Shown: one piece after another, positions 1-10,200 of the stretch | How positions within the stretch are numbered: position 1 is the stretch's first letter | Layout: each line of letters starts with the position of its first letter | IMG/VR virus record: IMGVR_UViG_3300030098_005439 | Source: an uncultured virus (IMG/VR IMGVR_UViG_3300030098_005439) | Taxonomy: Duplodnaviria; Heunggongvirae; Uroviricota; Caudoviricetes | Direction: 5' to 3' (one strand) | DNA: 64,000 bases | Position numbers and translations under genes: made by a program | Notes under the pieces: generated by a model | What the model was told of the DNA's origin: nothing | Seen by the model: the letters and a program-made list of their open reading frames with translations, nothing else | Database searches by the model: none

Positions 1-300
1 GTCATATCTCCCCTGGTGCTTGTCGATCTTCCAGACAGATCGGTATTGCCCAGGGACAAGAATAGCAGTTCCTTCAACACGAGAGGGATTTTCCAACCAG
101 TAGTTTCCAGGCTCAGTCGTACACTCCCATGTTCGTGTAATCCAACCCTGCTCATCCTTGAACACAACACAGATACGGTCATCAAAGCTGTTGGCTTTAT
201 GATTCCGGCTACGTATGCCTATGATGTTCAGGTTGTACTCACCTGATTCAAACACAGTGTGACCAAGAGATTCGACATAATCTAAAATAAGTGGGCGCAT
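1..300 (-). CDS. Putative endolysin, N-terminal part (runs off window start; not in ORF track)
   Basis: Manual translation from ATG at 300: MRPLILDYVESLGHTVFESGEYNLNIIGIRSRNHKANSFDDRICVVF...TTEPGNYWLENPSRVEGTAILVPGQY...HQGRYD. The LNIIGIR/FDD/TTxPG/PGQY pattern recalls a phage lysin-like family. It lies at the end of the late operon near a holin. Confidence 0.6.
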   Translation of the reverse strand, partial: MRPLILDYVESLGHTVFESGEYNLNIIGIRSRNHKANSFDDRICVVFKDEQGWITRTWECTTEPGNYWLENPSRVEGTAILVPGQYRSVWKIDKHQGRYD

Positions 301-301
301 A

Positions 302-604
302 TTATGGACTACATTCTGCGTTGGTGGCTTGGCAGATTTGGGCGATGTTAATCGCTTGTTTTTGTTGGTTTTCCAGCATCTTTTGAACAATCTCTTCCAT
401 CTTATCCAAACGTTGCTCAATGCCTTCAATCTTAACGTCAACAACTTCTTGCTTTCCTACACTTACAGCTTTCTTGTTTTCGAGCGCACTGACACGTGTA
501 CCAAGTTCATTGACATCTTGAGCCGCAGATTCAAAAGACGCGAATGCAATACCGGTTGCGAATACCAAAGTGATTCCAGGCACCACCATATCTTTAAAAT
601 CCAT
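302..604 (-). CDS. Membrane-anchored coiled-coil protein (lysis cassette, spanin/holin-like)
   Basis: N-terminal hydrophobic helix then heptad coiled coil; ACAGGAG RBS before ATG 604. Confidence 0.55.
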   Translation of the reverse strand: MDFKDMVVPGITLVFATGIAFASFESAAQDVNELGTRVSALENKKAVSVGKQEVVDVKIEGIEQRLDKMEEIVQKMLENQQKQAINIAQICQATNAECSP

Positions 605-615
605 GATAACTCCTG

Positions 616-1011
616 TCACTCAGGTTCAGTACAACTATAAGACCCGAGTAGCTTATCCGTCAACTTGGACGGCTCGCATCGTTGCTTATCTGTTTCACCG
701 GTTCGAATACACAAAGCCCACATACACTGAAGCGACATGGGATCTCCACCTACTTCCGTAATACAGGGCGGTGGCATATCTGTAAGTTTGTCAGCAATAG
801 CAGACTCCCTTTTAGCCTCTTCGACCGCTACCTCTTGGACTTTAGTGACCAACGCTTCGTTGCCGTTATTCAACTCTTTGATCGCTTCTGTTTGCGCTTC
901 AATTGCCTTAGCGCCAGCGTCGGGCTTGAGGCCCCAACCAGCACCAAAGCCCACCCCCAAAGATGCAAGAACAGCAATTGTAGTCAGCGTTATTGGTTCC
1001 ATTTTTGTCAT
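616..1011 (-). CDS. Membrane-anchored coiled-coil protein with Cys-rich C-terminus (spanin-like)
   Basis: N-terminal TM (IAVLASLGVGFGAGWGL), coiled coil, 5 C-terminal Cys; lysis context. Confidence 0.5.
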   Translation of the reverse strand: MTKMEPITLTTIAVLASLGVGFGAGWGLKPDAGAKAIEAQTEAIKELNNGNEALVTKVQEVAVEEAKRESAIADKLTDMPPPCITEVGGDPMSLQCMWALCIRTGETDKQRCEPSKLTDKLLGSYSCTEPE

Positions 1012-1024
1012 CCAAGTTCCAAGA

Positions 1025-1246
1025 TCATTTCTTAGCAGGCTTCTTAGCTGCAGGCTTTTTAGCCGCAGGTTTCTTGGCTGCAGGCTTCTTGGCGGAAGAC
1101 TTTAAAGCTTTGATTTCCAAATCTTTTTGTTTTATTTCATCTTCAAGCAATGAGATAGCTGCAAAAAGACATTCTACAGCCTTTCTCTTGTTACCAAACT
1201 TCAGTTGCATTTCAATTTTAGCTTTCTTAATGTACTCTTGAATCAT
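1025..1246 (-). CDS. Small basic protein with histone H1-like KKPAA repeats
   Basis: C-terminus AKKPAAKKPAAKKPAAKKPAKK; GAGG RBS. Confidence 0.7.
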   Translation of the reverse strand: MIQEYIKKAKIEMQLKFGNKRKAVECLFAAISLLEDEIKQKDLEIKALKSSAKKPAAKKPAAKKPAAKKPAKK

Positions 1247-1257
1247 GTTTACCTCTT

Positions 1258-1647
1258 TTATGATGAAACTATAGAAACTTTAATATCTGCAGTTGGACTA
1301 TCGTCACCAGACAATGCAGCAGTTGTAACGCACCAAAATGAAAGCCCTGCATCAAACTCCCAACCATTGCTAATTACATATGTTGTTACAACCCCAAGTG
1401 GGGCATACAGAGTAATTGTTGGAATTGTAGAAGAGCCTCCGCCGCCAGTAATATTTGATGCGTTAGCAATCTTTACATAACACGCAGGCTCAAGTGTAGT
1501 AGGTATACCAGCCGTAGCGTCAATCTCAATCACGTATACCTTACCGGCAGACGCAGCAGTAACGTTTTCAGCTTCGTTTGTGTCCGCTTTGACATCTACT
1601 ACAAGCTTGCTTGCAAGATCAGTCAGACTCGACGTTAAATTAGCCAT
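1258..1647 (-). CDS. Small beta-rich virion protein (paralog family A)
   Basis: Shares NVT..G.V..I.I / YVK / G..F..GL pattern with 1648-2022, 44929-45321 and 45331-45705. Confidence 0.65.
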   Translation of the reverse strand: MANLTSSLTDLASKLVVDVKADTNEAENVTAASAGKVYVIEIDATAGIPTTLEPACYVKIANASNITGGGGSSTIPTITLYAPLGVVTTYVISNGWEFDAGLSFWCVTTAALSGDDSPTADIKVSIVSS

Positions 1648-2022
1648 CTAAACACTCGTTACAATCGTTACAGCGATCGTCTCATTGCCAGAAACGCTTG
1701 GCGCAGTGTTATCACTCGGAGTTCCGTTTTCAGTCGCACAAACAGTAAGTGCATCATACGAAACTCCACCAGGAATTTCATACGTGTATGTAGACGCTGC
1801 CGGACAAGAAAACACCCAATCAGGTGCTGTAGATCCTACGTTTGCTGAATACTCATTGAACAGCTTCACATAAACCGCAGCATCGTTGCCGTTGACGATC
1901 TTTACCGAATGCAGCTTGCCAGGACCGTCCGTGACATTTTTCTGTGCTGCATTGTTCATGTTTGCATCGTGCAGAACCTTGTAGGATACAGCACGGTCAA
2001 ATTTGGTAGAAGTTATCGCCAT
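1648..2022 (-). CDS. Small beta-rich virion protein (paralog family A)
   Basis: KNVTDGPGKLHSVKIVN..VYVKLF..VGSTAPDWVFSCPAAS. Confidence 0.65.
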   Translation of the reverse strand: MAITSTKFDRAVSYKVLHDANMNNAAQKNVTDGPGKLHSVKIVNGNDAAVYVKLFNEYSANVGSTAPDWVFSCPAASTYTYEIPGGVSYDALTVCATENGTPSDNTAPSVSGNETIAVTIVTSV

Positions 2023-2035
2023 TTAGTTGCTTATC

Positions 2036-2245
2036 TCAGTCGCCAGTTGTGGCCACGGCTTTCTTTTCGGCTGCGTCCACATAGCCTTGGCCAAGAATGT
2101 AAGAAACGCAAATTCCAGCAGAAAGCTTCAATGCTTCACCGAGCGCAATGTCTTCGCCCAAGAATGCGAGTACCGGAGGCAAAAGTGCTCCAAGAAATGC
2201 GGCCCAAAACTTACGTGATGAGAGTTTAATTTTCAAAGTTTCCAT
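2036..2245 (-). CDS. Holin
   Basis: 69 aa, KLSSRKFW motif, two TM helices, YILGQGYVD and charged C-terminus; AGGAG RBS. Confidence 0.75.
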   Translation of the reverse strand: METLKIKLSSRKFWAAFLGALLPPVLAFLGEDIALGEALKLSAGICVSYILGQGYVDAAEKKAVATTGD

Positions 2246-2253
2246 GGTGTCTC

Positions 2254-2457
2254 CTATGGTCTAAGTGATTCGAGCCATTGTACCAAAACAAGGGCATCAT
2301 CGGCAGATGCCAAAGCAGCATCCCAAATCGATTTTTCTACTCTGGCATTGACTACAGTTTCTGTCCAGCTTGACGTGACACCGTCAATTCTCTGGACGCA
2401 ATCGCTACTATTAACATTAGCCGAAGTGTTCGAGTTGTTGATATCATCTGTTGTCAT
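2254..2457 (-). CDS. Hypothetical protein
   Basis: ATG overlaps the upstream stop (ATGA); MTTDDINN... Confidence 0.55.
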   Translation of the reverse strand: MTTDDINNSNTSANVNSSDCVQRIDGVTSSWTETVVNARVEKSIWDAALASADDALVLVQWLESLRP

Positions 2458-3299
2458 GTTCCAGTGCCTCCCCATCCACCAGGATCGCTTGTAATTAGAT
2501 ATCGAAGTCTACAAGTAAGTACAGGCACTGTTTTTCCAGTATAATTAAGACTAGATGTACTATTTGTTCCAAAAAAAGCGTACAAATAAACCTGATCATC
2601 AGAATCAAAAGTAGATGCGTCGTTAGGAAGATCGTAATTTAAACTTGTTGGTCCATTGTCATACGCATAGGACGTTCCCGAATATTGAGTTGTGTTGGTC
2701 ATAATCATGACGCTTTCAGCATCTCTATTTGTGCCAACAGCAGGTCCGACATAAATCGTTCCGTGCATCAAACCTGAACCCGCGTTCATACTCGATCCAT
2801 TGTTTACTGATTGTCCAGTCTCACCATTTGCCCTATTGTTGTACATTTTTAAAGTCGGTGGATCTGCGGCAGAATTAAATACAAACCCACTCATAATCCA
2901 GTGGTTGTTTGTATTGTCGAAATCAGAACCATTTTGACCGATCCCCATACCAAAACAAGGAATAGCTTCGTTCGTGCCTTTGTAGTCTCCTGTGCAACCA
3001 ATAAATTCAACCTGAATCTTAATAGAAAACGGTGTGGTAAATGTTATGGCATCGCCGTAATTGTTGGTCAATGGCAATCCAAAAACAGCCATATCGATTC
3101 CATCATTCGTATTGTGACTACAGGAACCATTGAAGGTGACAACCGTGTTTCCGCCAGTGGTTGCAGAAGCGGAAATGTGGCTATTTGGGTCTTCTGCTAC
3201 AACGTCTGGAGCCTTAATATCCAATGTGCGCCAACCCAAATGTTTTCGCCTTCGTATACCCAAGCTTCTACCTGAAATATTTCCTGGTACTTTGCTCAT
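2454..3299 (-). CDS. Putative tail/receptor-binding protein (paralog of 3296-4198)
   Basis: Shared VPGN.S..SLG...GWR, GNTV.TF, LTF..PF..K..E and TCRL.Y motifs; Gly/Thr/Asn-rich. Confidence 0.55.
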   Translation of the reverse strand: MSKVPGNISGRSLGIRRRKHLGWRTLDIKAPDVVAEDPNSHISASATTGGNTVVTFNGSCSHNTNDGIDMAVFGLPLTNNYGDAITFTTPFSIKIQVEFIGCTGDYKGTNEAIPCFGMGIGQNGSDFDNTNNHWIMSGFVFNSAADPPTLKMYNNRANGETGQSVNNGSSMNAGSGLMHGTIYVGPAVGTNRDAESVMIMTNTTQYSGTSYAYDNGPTSLNYDLPNDASTFDSDDQVYLYAFFGTNSTSSLNYTGKTVPVLTCRLRYLITSDPGGWGGTGT

Positions 3300-4198
3300 G
3301 CTGATCCACTTCCACCAAAGCCATTGTAAAAATCACCTTCTACCATATACCAAAGACGGCACGTTACAACACAGGCGGTGTTGCCACTGAACGCATCTTG
3401 CTCAATGTCGGCTATCGCCGCGTACAATGTAACTTCAGTATTGGCATTGTTAAATCCGCTATGATTTGTTGCGTCAAGATCCGTCATAGTATTTGTAGGT
3501 GTAGCGTAATCATCACCAGACGCTTTAAAAGCCTGCCTGAGTATTCGTGTATTCCCATCTGAAGTCGACATGTCGGGGCCAACCTGAAACTCAGTGATAT
3601 ACAGTTTACAGTTGTCGCTTAACACGGGGCTTTGCCTAATTTGACCGCCCGAAGCACTATCTGCAGTTTGTTCAGTAAAATACTTAGCGTCTTCACCCAC
3701 AGTTTCACTTTGACTGCTTCGAGCGCCTATTTGAACTCCAGATCCAATATGTCTTGATGTGTCGTTGGCAAAATCAACGCCTGTTTCCATCGTTAAACCC
3801 ATGGTAATACAGGGTTGAGTCATGTCTTCGCCACTAGTATCAGAATGATCTCCACTTATTGAAACCAACTCAATCATGGTTTTTAACGTAAATGGTTTAC
3901 CGAAGGTGAGAACACTACCTTCATCAGTCAAAAGTGGAATGCCGCCAACAAATCCATCTACAGTAAAAAGAGACCCAGCGCCGTCATGAGCCGTCAAAAA
4001 CGTAATGACCGTGTTGCCTGAACTCTCATCTACTGAGCAAGGCGCAGCAGCGCTGCTGCTTACAGTCACACCTTGGTCATTCTGTAACCTACATCGAGAA
4101 TCGCTAAAGTAAAACCGTCTCCAACCCTTTTGAGTATGGTAATCCCTACCCAAGCTGGTGTGACTGAAGTTTCCAGGGATGGTTGATCGTCTAGCCAT
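3296..4198 (-). CDS. Putative tail/receptor-binding protein (paralog of 2454-3299)
   Basis: Same motifs as its paralog; translationally coupled. Confidence 0.55.
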   Translation of the reverse strand: MARRSTIPGNFSHTSLGRDYHTQKGWRRFYFSDSRCRLQNDQGVTVSSSAAAPCSVDESSGNTVITFLTAHDGAGSLFTVDGFVGGIPLLTDEGSVLTFGKPFTLKTMIELVSISGDHSDTSGEDMTQPCITMGLTMETGVDFANDTSRHIGSGVQIGARSSQSETVGEDAKYFTEQTADSASGGQIRQSPVLSDNCKLYITEFQVGPDMSTSDGNTRILRQAFKASGDDYATPTNTMTDLDATNHSGFNNANTEVTLYAAIADIEQDAFSGNTACVVTCRLWYMVEGDFYNGFGGSGSA

Positions 4199-4557
4199 TA
4201 AGTAGCGGTGATCCTGTTTACGAAGCCGTGAATCGAAACAACATTGGTTGTTGTTGCGTATGCCTTTACAACCAATGAGTTTTGTAGAATTAAACCGGGC
4301 ACGACAAGCAAAGTCTCATTGGGTTGAACAGTGTACTTTAAATCATTTGTAACCGATGTTGTCCCACCAAATTGAATGGTGAGAGTTACAGCAGAGGTGT
4401 GTGTATTGGACGCATACAAATAAATTTCGTCATACTCACCAGCACCAGTAACGTTGTTCGCTGTATGAATTGTAGTTCCAGCGCTTGATGTGGCTGCAAC
4501 TTTGATGCCAATACCGTCCGCCCCACCGCTTAGTTCTTGTTTTGCAATTACTGCCAT
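4198..4557 (-). CDS. Small virion structural protein
   Basis: Beta-rich 119 aa, directly downstream of the fibre gene. Confidence 0.55.
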   Translation of the reverse strand: MAVIAKQELSGGADGIGIKVAATSSAGTTIHTANNVTGAGEYDEIYLYASNTHTSAVTLTIQFGGTTSVTNDLKYTVQPNETLLVVPGLILQNSLVVKAYATTTNVVSIHGFVNRITAT

Positions 4558-4566
4558 TGTATTTCC

Positions 4567-6171
4567 TTATCGTCCAAATACTTGGGTATGAAAAATTAGG
4601 TTTGCGTCCAACGTAGTCCCACCACCACCAGCAGTAGCCGTGCCAGATGTAAGCTGAATGTCGTCACCGGCATCCGTTGTAAAGTACAGTTCGTTTGGTG
4701 TGGCATTCTTTACCCACAACTGACCAAAAGCTGCGGTGTCTGCAGGCGCATTCGCCATTTCTTTTAGGGCCACGGAAGCTGAAGCACCATCAACCGTTAA
4801 CGATGCTGCGTGAGCCGTCGATCCACTAACGTTTACGTCGCCTGCAAACGTTGCCAGTTGGGTGTCATCAATCGTAACTGCAGCCGTTATCGAACTACCG
4901 TTATTGGTTGAAACAATAAGCTTACCTTTGGTGTCATTGCCTGTGCCGCTATGACTTCCTTCGATCATGGCTAAACCAGTACCTGAATGATCACCGAAAA
5001 GAACGCGAGTTTCTGCCTCACCTTCACCATTCTCATCCGTTGTGTTTTGAAGCAAAAGGTACGCATCTGCTCCAGCCATGTGAAGCAAGTTGCCCGGTTG
5101 GTTTGTTCCAATGCCGACGTTACCATCGGTGTGAATCCGCATACGTTCTGCGGCGGCATCTGTACCACTAACTTTGGTCTTAAACTGCATGCTCGACGTG
5201 CCTGTACCGTCACCGCCGCCAGAGGCGAGAATCAAATCACCACCATTTAGGTTGTTTGCGCCTGTGGTCGTTGAGCCTGCAGAAATGGTCAGAGACTTAC
5301 CAACAGTAGTTCCTGTGTTGGTTACGGTGCTGATCGTCGTTGCTGTTGTATTTCCGGCAGTGCCCAATGTTGCATCGCCACCAGAAACGATGAGGTCCGT
5401 TCCAACGGTTACACCAGCATTAAACAAAGCCGCTCCAGCGTCTGACATATCAAGCGTCAAAGCCGTGATGTCGGCAGTGTCATCCGTGCCTTTAAAAACA
5501 ATATCAGCATCGCCCGCTTGCGTATCGAGAGTAATGTTACCCGAAGTGGTTGCAATAGTGACTGCGGCGTCACCTGTAGTAATGTCGTCTGCAGCACTTG
5601 ATCCAGTAGCAACAGCATCAGCAACCCATTTAGCGCCATCATATTTTAAGAACTGACCTGTAGATGGTGAGTCCTGACCAATCTTCGTAACGTGGCCGGA
5701 ACCATCAAAAGTAATCGCAGCAACGCCACCAGCCTCTTTGAGTGATCCACCATCGTCGAGAATGATGTCACCAGTGACTTGAACATCGCCAGCCGCCGTT
5801 ACCTTTTGGGCCTCGTCAATCGTGACCGCAGCAGTCAACGACGAACCGGTATGTGTAGACAAGATCATCTTGCCTTTAGTGTCATCCGATGAGCCGCTAT
5901 GGCTTACTTCAATCTGCCCAAGAGATGCATTTGCATGATCTTCAAAGATCAGCTTTGACTCACAACCACCATCTGAGTTTTCAGAGGTTGAGTTTTGAAT
6001 CGTTACATACGGGGCCGTTCCCTTGAGTTGCAATTGCGTACCAGGGGCGGTGTCACCTATACCTACACGATTGTTCGTTTCATCGATGGACAGTGTACCG
6101 CTATCGACCTCAAGGTCGGTGACGACAAGTGCTCCCCCGCCACCTGAAAACTTAGAATTGAAGCTTGGCAT
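4567..6171 (-). CDS. Tail fibre protein
   Basis: G/T/A/S-rich; two copies of an ~90-aa module beginning (N/G)xVGIG and containing SHSG..DTKGK..AAVTID. Confidence 0.75.
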   Translation of the reverse strand: MPSFNSKFSGGGGALVVTDLEVDSGTLSIDETNNRVGIGDTAPGTQLQLKGTAPYVTIQNSTSENSDGGCESKLIFEDHANASLGQIEVSHSGSSDDTKGKMILSTHTGSSLTAAVTIDEAQKVTAAGDVQVTGDIILDDGGSLKEAGGVAAITFDGSGHVTKIGQDSPSTGQFLKYDGAKWVADAVATGSSAADDITTGDAAVTIATTSGNITLDTQAGDADIVFKGTDDTADITALTLDMSDAGAALFNAGVTVGTDLIVSGGDATLGTAGNTTATTISTVTNTGTTVGKSLTISAGSTTTGANNLNGGDLILASGGGDGTGTSSMQFKTKVSGTDAAAERMRIHTDGNVGIGTNQPGNLLHMAGADAYLLLQNTTDENGEGEAETRVLFGDHSGTGLAMIEGSHSGTGNDTKGKLIVSTNNGSSITAAVTIDDTQLATFAGDVNVSGSTAHAASLTVDGASASVALKEMANAPADTAAFGQLWVKNATPNELYFTTDAGDDIQLTSGTATAGGGGTTLDANLIFHTQVFGR

Positions 6172-6180
6172 GAGGCCCCC

Positions 6181-6609
6181 TTATGTTTTGTCGTGCCAAT
6201 GAAGTCGTGCTTTTTCAACAACACAAGCTTCACCTGGCTTGATCCAGAGATAACACTTGCCTGTAGTTGTTTGGCCTGATGGTGCAGTAATAAACAACTT
6301 ATCCAGTGAGATTACGGTATGAACCGTACCTGAAGTGCCACCTTCAGTAACCGATATGCTTTCTGCTTTGGAAGTCAACGGATCATCACCGGCTGAGTCC
6401 CAAGTCAAATACACGTCGAACGTTTTTGTGGCATCAGCCCAAGATGTAAAAACAATATCTAGCTGAGAAAACGAACATGAACCCGGCAACGCCTTAGAAC
6501 GGGCGTCACTTGGGGTTCCTGTTGTCTGCTCGGCAAGTAACGTTGAAGTAAACGCACTTGTCGAACTGATAGATGTCTTTGCTGTATTTGTGACGAAGCC
6601 TGAAGCCAT
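6181..6609 (-). CDS. Hypothetical virion protein
   Basis: GGAGG RBS before ATG 6609; within the fibre module. Confidence 0.55.
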   Translation of the reverse strand: MASGFVTNTAKTSISSTSAFTSTLLAEQTTGTPSDARSKALPGSCSFSQLDIVFTSWADATKTFDVYLTWDSAGDDPLTSKAESISVTEGGTSGTVHTVISLDKLFITAPSGQTTTGKCYLWIKPGEACVVEKARLHWHDKT

Positions 6610-6669
6610 CGAAGCCTCCAAAGGGAAGTGATCCGGGGGACGATTGCCCCCCGAGTCAGGGGTTCAGGA

Positions 6670-7122
6670 TCAAGTGTTTCCACCAACAAGTCCACGCCAC
6701 GTGGTTCCGTCGCAAAAGGCCAAACCAGTCTCGCCTTCATCAATAGTAAGGATTGTGTCAGTAGCGTCATTTCGAAGCGTAATAGTCTCAGAGGAACTTG
6801 CGGTGGCATTGTTCATAATGAGAAGAAGGAGTCCAGTGCAAGAAGCTTCAGCCGGGAGATCCAGGTTCCTGTTACCAGTAGGGTCAACAATCAAAAAGTT
6901 CGAGGTGATCTTGGTTTGGTTGCTACCCGCCGTGCCTGTCACCAACAAGGTGTGAGTCGCAGCCATAGTGATGGCTTCGCTCTTGAAGGCAAGAAGGTTT
7001 GTAGCCCCACTAAGGGCAGTCATAAGGGCAGTTTGATTCTTTACAGCAAAACCGTTTCCAGGTTCTACAGCGATATCATGCTCAAGGGCGCGGCCACCCG
7101 TAAGTTCAGGGATTTGGGACAT
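6670..7122 (-). CDS. Putative head/tail decoration protein
   Basis: Beta-rich, ending AFCDGTTWRG; GGAG RBS. Confidence 0.5.
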   Translation of the reverse strand: MSQIPELTGGRALEHDIAVEPGNGFAVKNQTALMTALSGATNLLAFKSEAITMAATHTLLVTGTAGSNQTKITSNFLIVDPTGNRNLDLPAEASCTGLLLLIMNNATASSSETITLRNDATDTILTIDEGETGLAFCDGTTWRGLVGGNT

Positions 7123-7205
7123 AATTTACTCCATTGGGGAAGGGGAAGTGTGATTCGTTTTCAACAATAACATGATTAATATACAGAAGAGGTTCTTTAT
7201 TTTGT

Positions 7206-10200
7206 TCAGTTTTCTGAGGTTTTTAGTTCTCGTAAATGCTGTTTGATTTTGAAGGACGTATTGGCTTCGTTTTCCAAATCTATATGAACGGGCGATAATC
7301 CAATAAGCTTCAATAAGTACAGTGGGTAAAAATCTTTGTATCTCAATTTATAGTTTGTACCATCTGTACCTTGATAACTAAAGTCTTCTCGCATAGCGCG
7401 ATGAGCCGTTGCTGTATCCAAGTATCCTTTCACCCCTGGTGCTACAGTAGCATCAAATGTGTCTGTGGGGCGTGCCATCGTTACAGGTCGTGGAGGCTCT
7501 CCAGGCTTCATAGAAACATCATAGGTGAACTTTCTTGTGGGCTTCACAACGCCAAGCTGCACCAAACCAGGAACACGAGCCAAAAGTGGTCGCTCTTTAT
7601 CGGCCTGGTAATACGCATCAGCCGCTTTCAACATCGCTTCTGTAAGGCCAATATTTGATCGATCAACGGCATCAATAACATCAAGCATACGACCAGTACC
7701 TACAGTTTGCATAAACTCCAATACAAAGTTTGAAAGACCTGGATTGGTGGAAATGTAAATACCTCTACCTGGCATTTCGATGTTTCGAACGTTTACTTTT
7801 CTGCCTGTTTTATCGTCAAAAACAAACTTCAACTCACTTTCAGGTAGATGTACAATTCCAAACTTGTCGTGCAAAACACCACCAAAAAGGTCATGGTCAA
7901 GCTGTACAATAAATGATGGAACCTGATTTGTTGCACGCTCTAAAGCAAATCCACGAGCAGGGTCCAAGCCAGTTGTTGGTTTATATAAAAACTCCAAAAA
8001 GTACGGGTTTGCTCTCGACAAAAGACCAAGTAATGATTTTTGAGCCTGCTCTTCACCAACAATATTCGGTGTAAATGGTAGTGCCGAAAAAGCACCAATT
8101 ATATCCGAAATCAAAGCGAACACATCAGCAGTTATCAAATACGGTAAACGGATCGCGTGATCACCGATTTTGAATGGCAAAAATGTCCTTGTTCTATCCC
8201 ACGGACTTAAAACCCTTTCAGGATCTTCAAGTTCTGTGACCTTTAGCTGACTCGCTCTGGCAATCTTCAGTTGGGTGAGAACACGGTCAGGATTTTCAAC
8301 TATTGATTTAGCGACCAGTTTTGTTGCTTGTTTGAAGTAGGTATAGAAGGCAAAAACCTCACTGATATAATTTTTCTCCCAATCACTCAAATCTGAATAA
8401 TCAAGTGCAATTTCTCGCGTTCTTTTGGCCGCTTGTTTTATGTCGGCACCGTTTTCCATTTCTCGAATCATGATTCGAATACGGAAGTAGCTGTCAATTG
8501 CTGTGGCTACTTCTCCAAAAAAACGACTTGATCGCGCAAAAAAGCCATCGGGCCTTAATATCATGCCCAAGGTTACAGCACTCAAACCGGCACCACCCGC
8601 AGCGCCAGCAACAGCACCCACAGGGCCTCCACCCAAAAGACCAATCATTCCACCAATCGTTCCACCAATTGCACTACCACCAACCCAAGGGTTGGCCTGG
8701 GTGAAGGCGTTTAAGATACGAGAGTGAATGTTTGTATTGTTGAGTGTGCTTACAAAAGACCCCTTCACACCCTCTTCAATCAATGCGTTGGCCATGCCGT
8801 CAGCGGTTAATACTCGACCATCTTTAAATATATACGGTGCCGTATCAGGCTTGTGTGTGCCATCACCAAAGGTCCGAGCCAAAACACCGGAAACAAAGTT
8901 GATTCGCTTTGTGTTGTTATACGAGCCAATAGCATCAGTCATAACGCCAGGAAAGCGTACAAGATCAGCGCCAGCAGCAGTAAGACCCTGACCAAGTTGA
9001 ACTTGACTTACTGTGCCAAGATAAACGCCCATAAAGTATGGGACCATGGGAACACCGCCGCTACCAATCAACAATCCTTTATAGAAATTCTTGGGCAGGG
9101 CCGGGAAATTTTGCGCGTAAATTCGAGCAGCGTCTTTCATTTCTTTGGCTATCGTTACAGATATCTCTGGCTGATCCCCTGTAAGCGCATACTCTACAGT
9201 GCCATTTTTTCCGAAGTTGCGTTCAAGACGAAACGATGGCTCTTTGTATATGTCAGCCATGGTTTCTTCTAATCCTTGAATCAAAGATTCTGGTAGAAGG
9301 AACGTTTCATCACCCAACTTGAGGACACTGACAGTGCCAAGCTGACGCTTGATTCCCATCTGATCCAGTATTCGAGACGCTTCGTCTTTTGCAGCCTTTT
9401 CGAGTTCTCCAAAAACCTTGCTATCTGGATGATTTTTTTGTGATGGAAGCGCCTCAGATATACCGTACAAATCCTCGGGGGCCTTTGCAGGCGCTTGCAA
9501 TAGTCCTGCTTTTTGTCCTGCTGTTCCGCGTTGAATGATCACTTTGTCTTGGAACGCCAACTCTTGATCAATATAAAACGCTATTCGCTCGATATACTTT
9601 TGACGATCCAGGCCTGCCACTTCTCCTAAATCTGCACGCTTAGATATCTGTTCAAATAGTGCCCGCCTGTTTGTGTTGTATCCAGCTTCAGCCAGTTCTT
9701 TCGCAAGGCCACGACGCAGTTCCGAAATCTTGCCGAACACCAAAACGTTGGTGAGCAGTGCGATTGTATCAGCGTCTGTTTTTGATGTTTTACCAAGTAG
9801 CTTTTTGGCTGCTTTAGGTGACAGTGGAACCAATGATTTCGTGGCGCCCACTTGATACATTTGAATCAAGTCACCTTGATAATATGATTTGTAAATTTTC
9901 AGAATATCTTGATTGCTGAAATTCCAATTTACTTTTTGACCCTCAACTCCCATTGCTATTTTGAAGTGGTCCATAGCTGTTTCAAAAACAAAACTGTATT
10001 TTTCTAACAAACCATTGTGCAAAACTTGAATCGCATCTGCAGCAATAATTCTCTGCTGGTCTGTTATTCCAGCAGACTTGACACCTTTTTGCTTCAACGT
10101 TCGCAACGCAATTAACGACTCACGCTCAAGTCTAGTCATCCCATGATAACCATCAAGTATGTCCTGAATATCATTTAAGTTATTCAAAATGTAGTCTATA

